Source: Lytechinus pictus (taxonomy: Eukaryota). Taken from it: 64,000 bases of DNA. The notes beneath the pieces were generated by a model. The model was given only the letters and a program-made list of their open reading frames with translations. It had not been told where the DNA came from and did no database searches. Position 1 is the first letter of the stretch. Every line of letters begins with the position of its first letter. The stretch is from positions 8,558,001 through 8,622,000 of the forward strand of contig NC_087246.1 of the NCBI RefSeq assembly GCF_037042905.1, in the 5' to 3' direction. Both the position numbers and the translations under genes were made by a program. Positions 36,901 to 49,700 of this stretch are shown piece after piece.

Positions 36901-39900
36901 TGCAGGATTCTGTGACAATAACATCAACTTCCTATGAGTCAAATCTATAATCTAAAATAAAAGGCCGTTTCCAAAAATCTGTTTCCTCAATTATTCTAAA
37001 GCAACATTTCTATAAATCTCCTATCCTATCACTGTCTTAGAGAAATCACAACCAGAATTTATTGCAGGGGCATTTGTCATGAATCGGATGCTTGTTAGAT
37101 GTTACAGACTAAATTAATTATTCACACAGGTATGCCGATGTGTATGAAGTTCATAGATGAGACACGGCTCTTGATTGGTTACGAAAATGGCAGTGTAGTT
37201 GTATGGAATCTATCATCTTGCTGTATAGAGAGTGAGAATAAACTACATCATGAACCAGGTTTGTATTGATTGTAATTCTTATTAAAATTATTTATAGCAA
37301 TTAGTGGCAATAAGGCACCTTTAAATTTGCAATGCAATTTTTGTTCACAAGACACACTTGAAAATAAAGAGACATGTGCAAGAAAGATTAGCTTTTTTAT
37401 ATTGATCTATTTATCAATATTAGCTTGTTACTGAAGTTGTGTCTTAAACCTGCCAGTAAAGCAGCTTTTATGATATCAATAAGTGGTGCATAAAGTGTAA
37501 ACTATTAAGAGTTTGATAAGAATGTATCACATTATACTTGAAAAATAGTAATTGCAGCTATTGCTTGAAGCACAAGCAAACACTTTTTTCTCAAGGACAT
37601 TTCTAGATATCAACATTTAAATCTTATTTAGTTTTCCAAATTTACCTTAAGATTTGGTCGCAAAATTTCAAGTACTAGTACATATCTAAAACTTGAAATT
37701 TTTTATGGTTTGGTGTAGAATTATTGAGCTTTCTGTGTATATTTTCAAACTACAACTGGGTCCCCACTCATTTTATTATTCTTTTATGTTCAGTTATGTG
37801 TACGGAGTATTGCTCAGAGTCTAATAGAGGTATCTCAGGCTCATCAACTGATCAGCTAGTTTCATGGTCTATGACATCTCAGGTAATTTTAAAAGTTAAA
37901 CTGCAGGGTGTTTCATGTTTGGAATAGAATAGTCTGTCAATTCAGACATTCATTTTTTTTCTTGCAATAACTGAAGACATTTGACAATCAACGTCAAACA
38001 TACATCTTTTAAATGAAGTAACGATGGTCTTTACTACTGCTTTGGAGCATCAAAGTCAAAGAAAGGTCAATGGTCATGGAGGTCTTATATTGAAATATAG
38101 TCTTTCTTGCAATAACTGAATATTTTTTTAGGGATTACCTTCAAACTTGGTACATGTATGCATATTGGAGGGAGAATTATCTGATTAGAATTGGGGGTCA
38201 TGAAGTCAAAGGCCACATAGCTCCTTATCTACATTGAAATGTCCTCAGTTCACAATAAACTGTTTTAGGAATAAACTTCAACCTGGCTCATGTAAATGTT
38301 GACATGATGATGATCTATTAGATTTAGGGGTCATGATGTCAAAGTTTAATGGTCACAATGTTTATTATCTCTTTCTTGCCATATTTCAGGATCACATTCG
38401 TACATGGCTGTTGTATGCACATAGGAATGACGATGATCTGATTAGATGTAGAGGTCACACATTTAAGAAGTCATAGTGTTTAATATAGTCTTGATGACAT
38501 TAGTGTAGGCATAGATTTTGACTGCACTTGGACGAAGACCTATCAAGTTAATTTGAAACAGATATATATCTAGATTCGTAGCCACATGAAAAATGCTATG
38601 ATTGTTACTGTTATTGTAGAATCTTGCAACTAACAAACCCATTGACACTGTCAGTTAATGACACATTTCTCCAATTAAAAGAAACAAATGTGATGACACT
38701 GACCTTCAATTAATCAGTCAGCTTTTTAATGACATAATTAATGAAACGTTATACTAACAGCCAATGTTAATTATCTACTTCAACTTTTTAAAATCTAGGG
38801 TGAGATAATTCTAGATAAAGAGATAACCTTGACAAATCCTGGAGTAGCATCACTCTCTTTACGAGACGACAAGAAGATCTTGGTGTCAGGTGGATGGGAT
38901 TCGAGGTAAGATTTACATCTTCTATCTTTTCTCAATCACAAACAGATAAAAACGGCAGACTATTACATTATGAAGATATTTCATGAGAATTTAGTTTCAG
39001 TTTCATTGGTTGACTAAAGCTGAAAAGAACACTTTTTGAAGGTGTGATATATACAGAGATTAAAAGTGCCAGTAAGGTGGCAAGACCATGGGGCCTAGAA
39101 GATGAAAGGTCAAGTTAATTAATACTGTAATTTGTTATGTTCAATAACCGTCTGTCAGTTTGCAGACTTGTGCTACACTATTTAATATGCATCCAACATG
39201 TTTTAGCTCATCCGGCCCAAAGGGCCAGATGAGCTTATGCCGTGGCGTCCGTCCACAATTTCAAAATGCTTCTTCTTCGCCATTTCAAGTCCGATTTCAA
39301 TTCTGTTTGCTTTATATGATAGCACTAGGTGGGGGATTGAAAACTTCTACACAGAATTTTGAAACTCATTAAATATGCTAATTTATGCACATTTTTCAAA
39401 ATAAAAAAAAAATGCTTCTTTATTTGTTGACCGATTTTGAATTTTTTGCTTTTATCTGGTAGAGCTTTATGAGGTTCACCAAACTTCTACACAGAATTTT
39501 GAAATTTGGACTAGAACAATTTTTATGCTAATTTATGCGAAATTAATTTATGCATATTTTTAAAAATTCACATAAAATGCTTCTTCTTTATTTGTTGACC
39601 GAGTTTGATTTTTTTTTCCATCTGGTAGAGCTTCATGAGGTTCACCAAAATTCTACACAGAATTTTTGAATTTGGAGTAGAAAATTATTTATGCTAATTT
39701 ATGCGAAATTCATAAATCACAGAAAATGCCTCTTCTATATTTGTTGACTGAATTTCAAAATGCTTCTTCTTCGTCATTTCAAGTCTGATTTCAATTCTGT
39801 TTGCTTTATATGATAGCATTAGGTGGGGGATTCAAAACTTCTACACAGAATTTTGAAACTCATTAAATATGCTAAGTTATGCATATTTTTAAAAATTCAC

Positions 39901-40830
39901 ATAAAATGCTTCTTCTTTAATTGTTGACCGATTTTGATTTTGTTTCTTCCATCTGGTAGAACTTCATGAGGTTCAACAAAATTTTACTCAGAATTTTGAG
40001 ATTTTCAGTAGAAAATTATTTATGCTAATGCGAAATGTATTCATAAATCACAGAAAATGCCTCTTCTTTATTTGTTGACCGATTTTGATTTTTTTTCTTC
40101 CATCTGGTAGAGCTGCATGAGGTTCACCAAACTTGTACACAAAATTTTGAAATTTTGTCTAGAAAATTATTTATGCTAATTTATGCAAAGTTTATTCATA
40201 AATCACAAAAAAATGTTTTTTCTTCTTCATTTATTGATCAATTTCAATTTTGTTTGCTTTATATGAAAGCTCGAGGTGGAGATACAAAATTTCAACACAG
40301 AATTTTGAAACTCATTAAATATGCTAATTTATTCATATATTTTCAAAACTCACAAAAAATACTTATTTATTTGTTGATTGATTTTGTTCCATCTGAGAGC
40401 TACATGAGGTTCAACAAGGTTCTACACAGAGTTTAGAAATTTTGACTGGAAAATTATTATTCATAGATCACAAAAAATGCTTCTATGTCATTTCTTCATC
40501 AATTTCAATTCTATATCCTCAATTTATGTCACCAATGTAATTCACTAGTGTCAACTGGGCTGAAATTAAAATTGTGTTAAATTTTGTTGCGAGATGCCGG
40601 AAGAGCTCCACATCATTGATGTGCTAGTTTCAATCTGTGTTTCTATTTTTAGAGTTCGTGTGTGGACCTGGAAGAAGCTAAAGCCCTTGGCTGTTCTAAA
40701 CTACCATTCTGAAACAGTCAACTCTCTTGATTTCTCTTCAAGAACAGATAGTAAAGGTTACTTGATGGCTGCAGGAAGCAAAGACACTCATATCAGTGTT
40801 TGGTCACTTTACAATGACCCTAAGACTTGA
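33982..40830 (+). CDS. GNB1L: Guanine nucleotide-binding protein subunit beta-like protein 1 (WD40 repeat; Asa1 family), 323 aa
   Basis: Exons 33982-34094, 34988-35110, 35765-35883, 36219-36332, 37130-37258, 37794-37882, 38799-38905, 40653-40830 total 972 nt in frame. Starts MARRSPDPIFVLRG and contains IWDLSTRR..LDGH, SHGRDG..IWELAEGR, LGMPMC, LLIGYENGSV, LTNPGV..LRDDKKILVSGGWDSRVRVWTWKKLKPLAVLNYH and AAGSKDTHISVWSLY, all matching GNB1L as I recall it. Confidence 0.95.
37960..38460. repeat. Degenerate ~120-bp tandem repeats resembling a Helentron-like interior
   Basis: Recurrent TTCAAACTTGG / ATTAGA..TTGGGGGTCATGA.GTCAAAGG motifs similar to family H1 units. Confidence 0.45.
39201..40630 (+). 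mobile_element. Helentron/DINE-like element, family H2, with internal tandem repeats
   Basis: 5' TTTTAGCTCATCCGGC with stem-loop GCTCATCCGGCCC..GGGCCAGATGAGC. 3' subterminal inverse GCCGGAAGAGCT followed by hairpin CACATCA-T-TGATGTG and CTAGTTT. About nine ~130-140-bp internal units. TT insertion site. Confidence 0.8.
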
Positions 40831-43800
40831 AAATACTAGAACCAGGGATACATATACACCCAAGTAATGAGAGGATAGATGCACCGGGCCCAGTGGGAGA
40901 GTTTTTATAGTATTATTTTGATATATACCCTTTGGTCACGCATTGTGGCACTTAAACTGGACCAAGATGAGGAAAGCGGTAACCCGATTACGTGGTGTGA
41001 AATTTCTTCAAAATGCATGTCTAATATAGTCATGCAATGGAGCCTGTGGTGTGTGCTGCATAACAACCCCTAAATATATTTTCTTCATCCCATATTTTCT
41101 CTGAAATGTTAAAACAATTGTTTTTTTAGATTAAAAAAATGCAATCTGTTTCACTGGGTGAAAGCCAGAAATGTGTTTACATTATTATTTATTTCCTAGT
41201 CTTGAAGAAAGTACAGAATTCAAGCAACTTGTATTTATGATTAAAACATTGATTCTCTATGTACAATGTTTTATGGGAGTATATAGAAGCAGGCCTTTGA
41301 AGCATAATGGGACAGATATGATTGAAGAAATGTAATATGCTGGCCATAATCCATTGAGAGAATAAATTAAATGCCAAAATATGCACCCCATTTTTCTGTG
41401 TGTATTGCCTCTGAATGTGCAATATTCACTTTTTGCAACTCTCCATTAAAAATGTGAACAGAAAAATAGTGCAAATATTTTTGCTGTCCATGAATTTGCT
41501 ATTATGCAACTTGAAAGAAATATGAAAAGTTATACAAAGATTGAATGACCGATTGGTTCCAGGAATGGGGATATGAACTATTCTAGGGGTCTGAAAGCAA
41601 GGTCTTTGGTCATGTGATGTGTTTATCTATGAATTGATTGACTTACCAATATTCAAGAAGGTATCTACATGTATTTAGTAAAAAAAAAACCAAAGTAAAA
41701 AACAAAGTTACTAGTTCTTCGACTTTTTTCACCACATCTGTCGAAGCTGTCGTGAATAACAGTCATGAATGATGCTTGAATTAGTTGCAAAAATATTTTG
41801 ATTTTTGATGCCAGCATTATATTCGATGTCCAGTTTACTAAAACTGAGCAGAAACTTTTAAATCAAGGATTAAAATGGAACGATAGTCCATCATCACCTA
41901 TTCAAGAAAATAATCTGCCCATTGTTACAGCACTAAAACCACTATTAAAAAGTTCTCATCTTTCAACAAAAGCTTTTTTTTTACATCCTGTTATTGATTT
42001 TCAGCTGGTGAACAACAGTTAAACTGGATCATTATTAAAAAACATTTGAAAGCAAATCCTCTACTGAAAAGAAAAATCAAAAGGTTACTCTGCAGGTTTT
42101 GGAGAATATACATGTAGATATATCATAATTGATAGGAGTTTGTTATACAACAAACTGGTGTGAAAGGTGGATTGAGATTGAACGTTAGGACAATAGTTGT
42201 GATTGATTCAATCCATTTCAATTATGGCAAGCTATATTGACAATATTTTTGTGTCAGAGGCATACTTATCCGAACAATGATGTATGCGTAAACAAAGTTG
42301 TTATATTTAGAGAATACTTCAAAAGGAAATTCTAATTACTGACGATTTCTTTCTAGTTTTAAATAATGAAATAATTGGATCAATCATAACTCTTAGTAAG
42401 ATGAGGCCCTGATGTTGTATGAATTGAGTAGAGGAAAAGATGGTTGAAAATGTCCCGAAGTTGAGATTACCTCGCAAGTATATATCTTCATCGTGTTTTG
42501 GTATAGGATGCAATACATACAGATTGTACACCAAAACAAAAAACAAAAGATTTAAAGATATCTCCAAAAGGTGCATTTATTCTCACACCAGATAGATTAG
42601 ATTTACAAGAAATGCTCTAAAGGGAAATCCATTCCAGTCTAATTAGATAGCACAATTCTAGAGGCAGTATGGTAAACATTTTAATGAAATCAACCATGAT
42701 GAACATATCACTTTGATGAAGTAGTTCACTAGAAGATTTCTGTACGATTCAACTCAATAAACACTGCACTTTTACAGAAACCTGCTTGCACCTCTAGGAA
42801 TTGACATGAAATGCTAGTCATAAAAAATATTTGTTAGTAACTAACCGTCACAAACAATCATTGTCTAAAGTGCAAAGTAAGCTGGCATTATTATATCATA
42901 CAATGGATGATACATTATAATGATTGCATAACTTTATGTTACTGGGCACATGTCTGATTTAACTTGCAACTTTTCACCATTCTGTTCATCTTATTATTGT
43001 GCTTTCACATTTGACTTCTAAGAAGGGATTGGATTCCCATTTAAGAGTGAAAACAGTGATCTCAATCTGAAATTGCACTTCAGCAAGAAATGAATAATAA
43101 TACATCACAAGCTATATGTAAAAGCTAAAAGTGAAGAGTTCAAAGCACTTCTGGCACCTGCCAGATTCAGAGTAAGACAGTAAACTGTCAGGTAAGCTTC
43201 TATGAATATTCACAATCAATGTGAGCGAAGTATAATTGTGACCACACAACTCACAGGGTTGCTGCTCCACAACTAAATATTAACAACAAATGAAAGAGGA
43301 AATAATATGTTGCAATTAATCCATTTTACCGTTAAAATGATTAAAGAAATTATTTGATACAGATGCAAGTGTTAAAGAAACAATATCCTACTGGTGTACT
43401 AGTAAGTGAAAGGAATAGTACATCATGTGTAGATTTTACTACATAATTACAACACATTTTTATCTTGTTACCAAACACAAACACACTGAAGGTATTGCAA
43501 GAAAATTGTGATCAATCGATGTTTCAAATTCATTTCATGGTTAAATAATTAAATGTTAGGTCTTTCTTATACATGTAATTGTAAATTTACATATACATAC
43601 AGGCCCTGTTACATAAAAAATGTTAACATTGCCATTATGGTAACTACATGAACAGAGCTCAGCAGACATTCAAATCAGAAGTTCCCATGGCAAGTTAACT
43701 TTCAATGTAAATATTCATGAAACTGGGCCCTTGAGTCAGTAAAAAGTAACAAGGCTTTGTGATTGATAGTGGCTTGAATTTACAATTGATCATACACAAT

Positions 43801-46763
43801 AATCATTGCAAACAATTGCAGAAATAAGCTCAACAATCAATCGCTATTAAAGCTTCATGTTACGAGGCCCTGGGCCTTGTGATTGAAACCATAAATTGAT
43901 TTTCTATGTTAACGTGATCTCATATTAAAACTTACGATTGCAAATAAGGTTCTTGCAACACCTGAGACATGAAGAAACAGAATACCCAATATGTTGGTCT
44001 CTCTTCGACACAACTACGATGAATGACTTTCTCCAGTAGCCTGGTACTGGGTGATAATGATGTAAAAGTGACATCTTTTTTAAGCATAATCCTTCATTTA
44101 ACTGAGAGTCTGAGTTCAACAAATAATATCATCATTAAGCATGATTTCAGCAATGAAGTGGATTTCTATAATTGAGGTTACACATAAAATAAGGCAGACT
44201 TTATACCGTCCTCTAAAAGAATATAAAAATGCTTATAATTTAAAAATAAATCTTCTGGAAATGATCTTGTTGTTTTATACATAAATCTTTAGTATATTTA
44301 CATTTAACAATAGAGATACATACTAACATGAAATATAAAATACTGAAGTGTATAGTCTGTACAAAATAACTATATTGTTCACATCTACAAATCTTGAAGA
44401 ATTGACCTATATGCCTACACAGCTACACAAATAAAAAAGATTGATAGATAGTACTTTCATTTTCACAAAATATAACATCTTAACTTAACATGTCTTGATG
44501 CATATTTCAATTTCATAGCAGATATGTTTTGTGTCCACACAGTTTTGAAAATTATCAGAAGCTATGGCAACAGGATTCTAAAGCAAGAACAAATGGCCAT
44601 ACTTAATTAAAACTCATTAAAACTCATTAGAAAACATAAAAGTAGGTAAGATATAACAATAAAAGAAAATAAAAACCCAAAACCAGGACATTGACAGCAA
44701 ACCTTCACTGAAAAAAAACCTGTCCTTTAGAAATATTCTACATGTACCATGATACAACCTTCCTGTATCTTACCGATCATCATTTGTTGCAAAATAATTT
44801 TGTCTCATCCTGACGTGCAAAACGGACTAAGCTTATAGTGTCAGTCCATTGTTTCAAACTACTATCAAATTTTGGAATACAATTGATTTATGTAGTGATG
44901 AATACTTTTGATTTGTAACAATAGGTGCATACTGTATTTCTATGTGATTTCACCAGGAAATGTGTTGGTGTCTTGCTTTTATATTTGGAGTATTGGCAAA
45001 CAGAAAAGCACAAGAATTCAACCATGCAAAACTTCATAACCCCTCAGGCCCCATGGTTCATTTCCACGGCAGATTAATTATCTCATGCATTACACTACCT
45101 TTAAATTACTTATGTCAAAATTAAGGTACAGCTGACATGATTACCTTCAGATAGTTACACAACTGAATTGTAAAATTTTAAATTTATCAATCATGATTTG
45201 ATTTTAATTATTTGACAATAATGAACAAAATAGAAAATATATCACAAAGCAGCATTTGGGTCAAATTTTACAGTGGACACTCAGTACATAATCAATTATA
45301 GAAAAGGACCTTGTTATACAGAATTTCTATAGTAGTATTACGGAGAGAAAGAGGAGAGAGAGTGTGAGACAGACAGAGAGCGCATGGAACAATGACTTGT
45401 GATAGGAAGGAGTCTTGAGATCTATTTTTATGGAGTTTATATGAGGAATGAAAGTTAAAGAATTTACTAAAAGTATTCATAATCTTCAAACATGATGGAT
45501 TAAAACACTGCAGATTTTCCTTCATGCGAATAAAAAGCAAAACAATCATCACATTTAAACAATAAAGAATTCTCAAAAAGTAGCAAAGAAACAAGTTTTC
45601 ACAAAAAAAAACCCTTGGTGGACTCTTTGAATTATGAAAGAAAGATTGCACGGTCAGAATGCTTTTTAATAACTAGCAATTCCCTCAACCAAATAAAATC
45701 TGCACTCAAAATGTATTTTTCTATTTTACATTGTACTTTAATGTATACATCTTCCCCTCTACAGTGGCAATAAAGATGCAGTATACATGGCAAGTAAAAA
45801 AAACCCAAAACACCTTAACCATGGCTAATTACTTCAGAAATGGCTTCAAAATAGTAAATTGGTAAACATCACATAAAAGAGTGTATTATCCCAAATCATC
45901 TGATATTATTTTAGTGCAAGTTATGTTCGTGTGTGGATGAGGGGGCATTGCTGAAAGAGTGCAAAAATCAATTTGTGCCAAAGTAATTCACATACGTGTA
46001 TGTTATTATTCTTATATTCTATATTGAAAACAGAGGAAATTATTGATTCTTCTCTCTCCCTACTGTGTTTTGAGGCAGTCTAAAACTACAGCACTTTCGC
46101 AGGTACATGTACCCATTAGAAGCTGGATTATCATTGCATAATGAACTTTTATGTAAGCTATCAGATTTATACTATTGAAATTAACCTGGGATTTACAATG
46201 TAAAGTGGTAGAAACCTCTGACAATCCACTGGGATGCCAAATTCAAGACTTATTATGATCATACAACTGAATTTATATTCCATTTTGATATCATAAAGAA
46301 GTTTTACACAAAGGTTCCTAAAATAATGACAACTTGAGTTGGAGTACTGTAAAATTAATGTCATACACCATCTCAAAATGACACATGGTAGAAGAGAGAG
46401 AGAGGAATCAACTCGGAAAAGTATTGTCTTTTCATCAGGCATGTCTTCCGTGTGAGTTGATTTTTTTCATTTATCCAAACATGAAGATTTGCTTCAAAAT
46501 GATTGATACCAACTAGTTTTTGGATAAAACATTCTTCATATGAATGATGTATATCTACTATTCATAAAAATATTTCTAGGGTATCCAAAACATGTTTAGG
46601 TGTGAGCCTTTTTTTTTTTACTTGCCTGGTAGCATATTCATGATACAAATATCCTGTTTGAAAACAGAATTTGTATAAATTATGAATTGCCGTATTCCAA
46701 TAGAGAAAAAAAATACCATTATGAAAGTACATTTACTCTACTGTGAATGAGGGTCTTAGCCTA

Positions 46764-49700
46764 TCATGCCTTGAATATGTGTACTGCTCTTACAACGTAC
46801 TGCCTACAGATAGGGCACTCATTCATACGCTTGCCACAGTTTGTACACGTGACCATGTGGCCACATTCAAGTAGAACGCAGTCAATCTCGGCATCCATGC
46901 AAATCTTGCAAAGAGTGCTCTCTTCTTCATCATCCATTGGTACTTCTTCACCTAAACAGAAGAAAGGTAAACAAACATTCATTAGTATTTTCTAAATTTT
47001 TCAAAGGTTTAGCTCACACCAAAAATCAGTCAAATTATACTGTAAAGAAACATTCAACAGTAAGATATGCATACAATAGATGTATGCTATTTATAAATTA
47101 GAAAAAATGAACCTGAGCCAATAGAAAACACTGGTACTTTTTAAATTCATGAGGCATGCAGCACATGTATGTATTTCAATTCTTTCAATTTTATGCACAA
47201 AGAATGTAAAACATGGTTTTATTCATCATGTGATGTGTGAGATCATCATTAATGTAAGTCAGAGAAATTAAACTTAAACTTTTGACCTATCATATAATAT
47301 AAAAATATATAAAAAAAGGTGAGCATGTGACATCAGCCGGATTCACCTCTTTAAATAAATCATGTCATTAAATGTATAACCTATTCACAAAATGATACAT
47401 ATCTTTCTTGCATTCTACAGACATTTCATAATTTAGTTCACAACCAATAGTTTGTTAATTTTACTTCACTGGTTCAAGCAATTTCTTATCAAGATACATA
47501 TTTTATGAAAATAAAATGAAAGAGAAGTTTAAAGGGAGAGATAAAAAGAGAAGGAAAAGAGGGGGGGGGGGGGGGGGGAAGAGAGAGACAAGAAATACAA
47601 AAGACACAGAGCTATAGAAAATATTTTTTGCATTTAAATAATTATCACCCGTATCAGACATCTGAGCTGGGGGCTGTTTCATAAAGCTGTTCGTAAGTTA
47701 AGAGCAACTTTAAGAACGACTGGTGATCCTTTCTTGTGGTAAATGATTGTTCATTTGTGATTTCTTAGCGCGTAAGAAATGTTCACCAGTCGTTCTTAAC
47801 TTACAAACAGCTTTATGAAACAGCCACCTGATCATTCACAAGACCATATTGCCCTAGATTTTCTGCATATATGGGGAAGGGATAGGTATATATTGTCTGT
47901 ATTTTGCTCATTCTCTATGCGCGTATTGACTTTTCATGCAGAGAAGACGCAAAATATACCTTTGTATTTTCCCTGGTCTCACATCCAGGCATTTGAGGAT
48001 GCGTAGAAGGAGCTTCATAATGATCCACGCAGCAACAATATACGTCAAAATAAAGACAATGCTGAATCCAGGCACTGGATATGCATCCCTAGGAACATGA
48101 TCTTATTTTACAATTATGTCATAATGGTAAAGTGCAGAGCCTGGCCCCCGATATAAACATGACACAGTAAAACCATATTCTTGAAAGATATATCTAAATT
48201 TTCATGATTTTTGCTCTGGATGTCTGATTTGAATGATACTGACTGGCTCTTGTTTCGGGGAACATCAAATATATTGCCCTTAAAAGAACCATACTGCCCT
48301 CTTATGAAGACTCGGGCCAATATGATTTTTTAGTGGGCAATATATTTAATGTTCCTCTCAAGGTCATTCAGCAAATGTAGATCGTCAGGAGTAAATTACC
48401 TAATTATTTTGTTTATCATAGAATCCAATATATGAAACTGCAGCATCTAAAAGATCTACATGTACACATACAGGAATGTACACATACATTTGGAATCTTA
48501 TTATCAATATGCATTTCTGCATCGAATAAAAATTTAATGAAAAAACAGATTAAAAAATACCCCAAAAATACATACCCTCTTTTGCAATCCTTGAATCTTT
48601 TTTATCTTCTGTGATGAAATAAAAAGAAAAAAAACAAAACACTTTTTATGCATCCTTTACGCGTAATTCACAATTCATACCCAGCTGCTCACACATGACG
48701 ACGTCACAAATAAAAAAATTGAACTTCGAAAAACTTTTTTCAATATTTGATGGATTTTTAAAATCATTTTATCAGCTAGTTTTACAATTAAACTTTTGTC
48801 TAGGTGAACATCCCCTTTAATCATTTTCAAACTAGGAAAAAATCTGCAATTGACCTTTAGAATCCCTGGCAACCTGCAAGAAACTGAAAGCTGCATTTTT
48901 GTGTTTGGTACAAAGGAGTATTAAGTCCTGATACTAAGGGAATGATGGTGCATGTTTGCTATTAAACATGTAATGAGTGGTGGAGATTATACATACCCAG
49001 TACATGTACAATATGACAATATTGTGCATGTATGTATTGTACTGATGTATTGTAATGAAGAACATACTGAAAATCATTTTCTGTGTACACAAATGAATAT
49101 ACATGTATGTAGGTCTATGTTTATTTGCATAATTTCTTAGAACAAAGAATAACCATATAGAGCATACATGTAATTGTAACATCCTCCCATGGAGTTGATG
49201 GTCAATTTCCTATTCACTAATCTCCCATAATTACATGGTATTACGAACAGTGATAAGCCTAAGAAGGGAATTCCCATAATGAATTCTCTCCTATCATGCA
49301 TGTAAAGGTTCAGTGCACATCAATTGCATACATTGAAATACAAGCTCTTGATCATATTCTTCCCTTGCTTGGGACTTTAAAGGTCAAGTCCACCCCAGGA
49401 AAATGCTGACTTGAATAAATAGAGAAAAATCAAACTAGCATAGTGCTGAAAAATTCAACAAAATCGGATGTAAAATAAGAAAGTTTATGACATTTTAAAG
49501 TTTCGCTTATTTTTCACAAAACAGTGATATGCACAACGAGGTGACTCAGTCGATGACGTCCATCAATCACTATTTCTTTTGTTTTTTATTGTTTGAATTA
49601 TACAATATTTCATTTTTTTATAGATTTGACAAGGACCAACTTGACTGAACCTTGACTGGAGTGTCGTGGCCCAGTATATTGGTCTCCGGACTTTGAAATA

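Noticed and set aside
39260..40510. Regularly spaced repeats resembling a CRISPR array
   Set aside because: The units are full tandem repeats without unique spacers, lie inside a Helentron-like element in a eukaryotic intron, and have no cas genes nearby.
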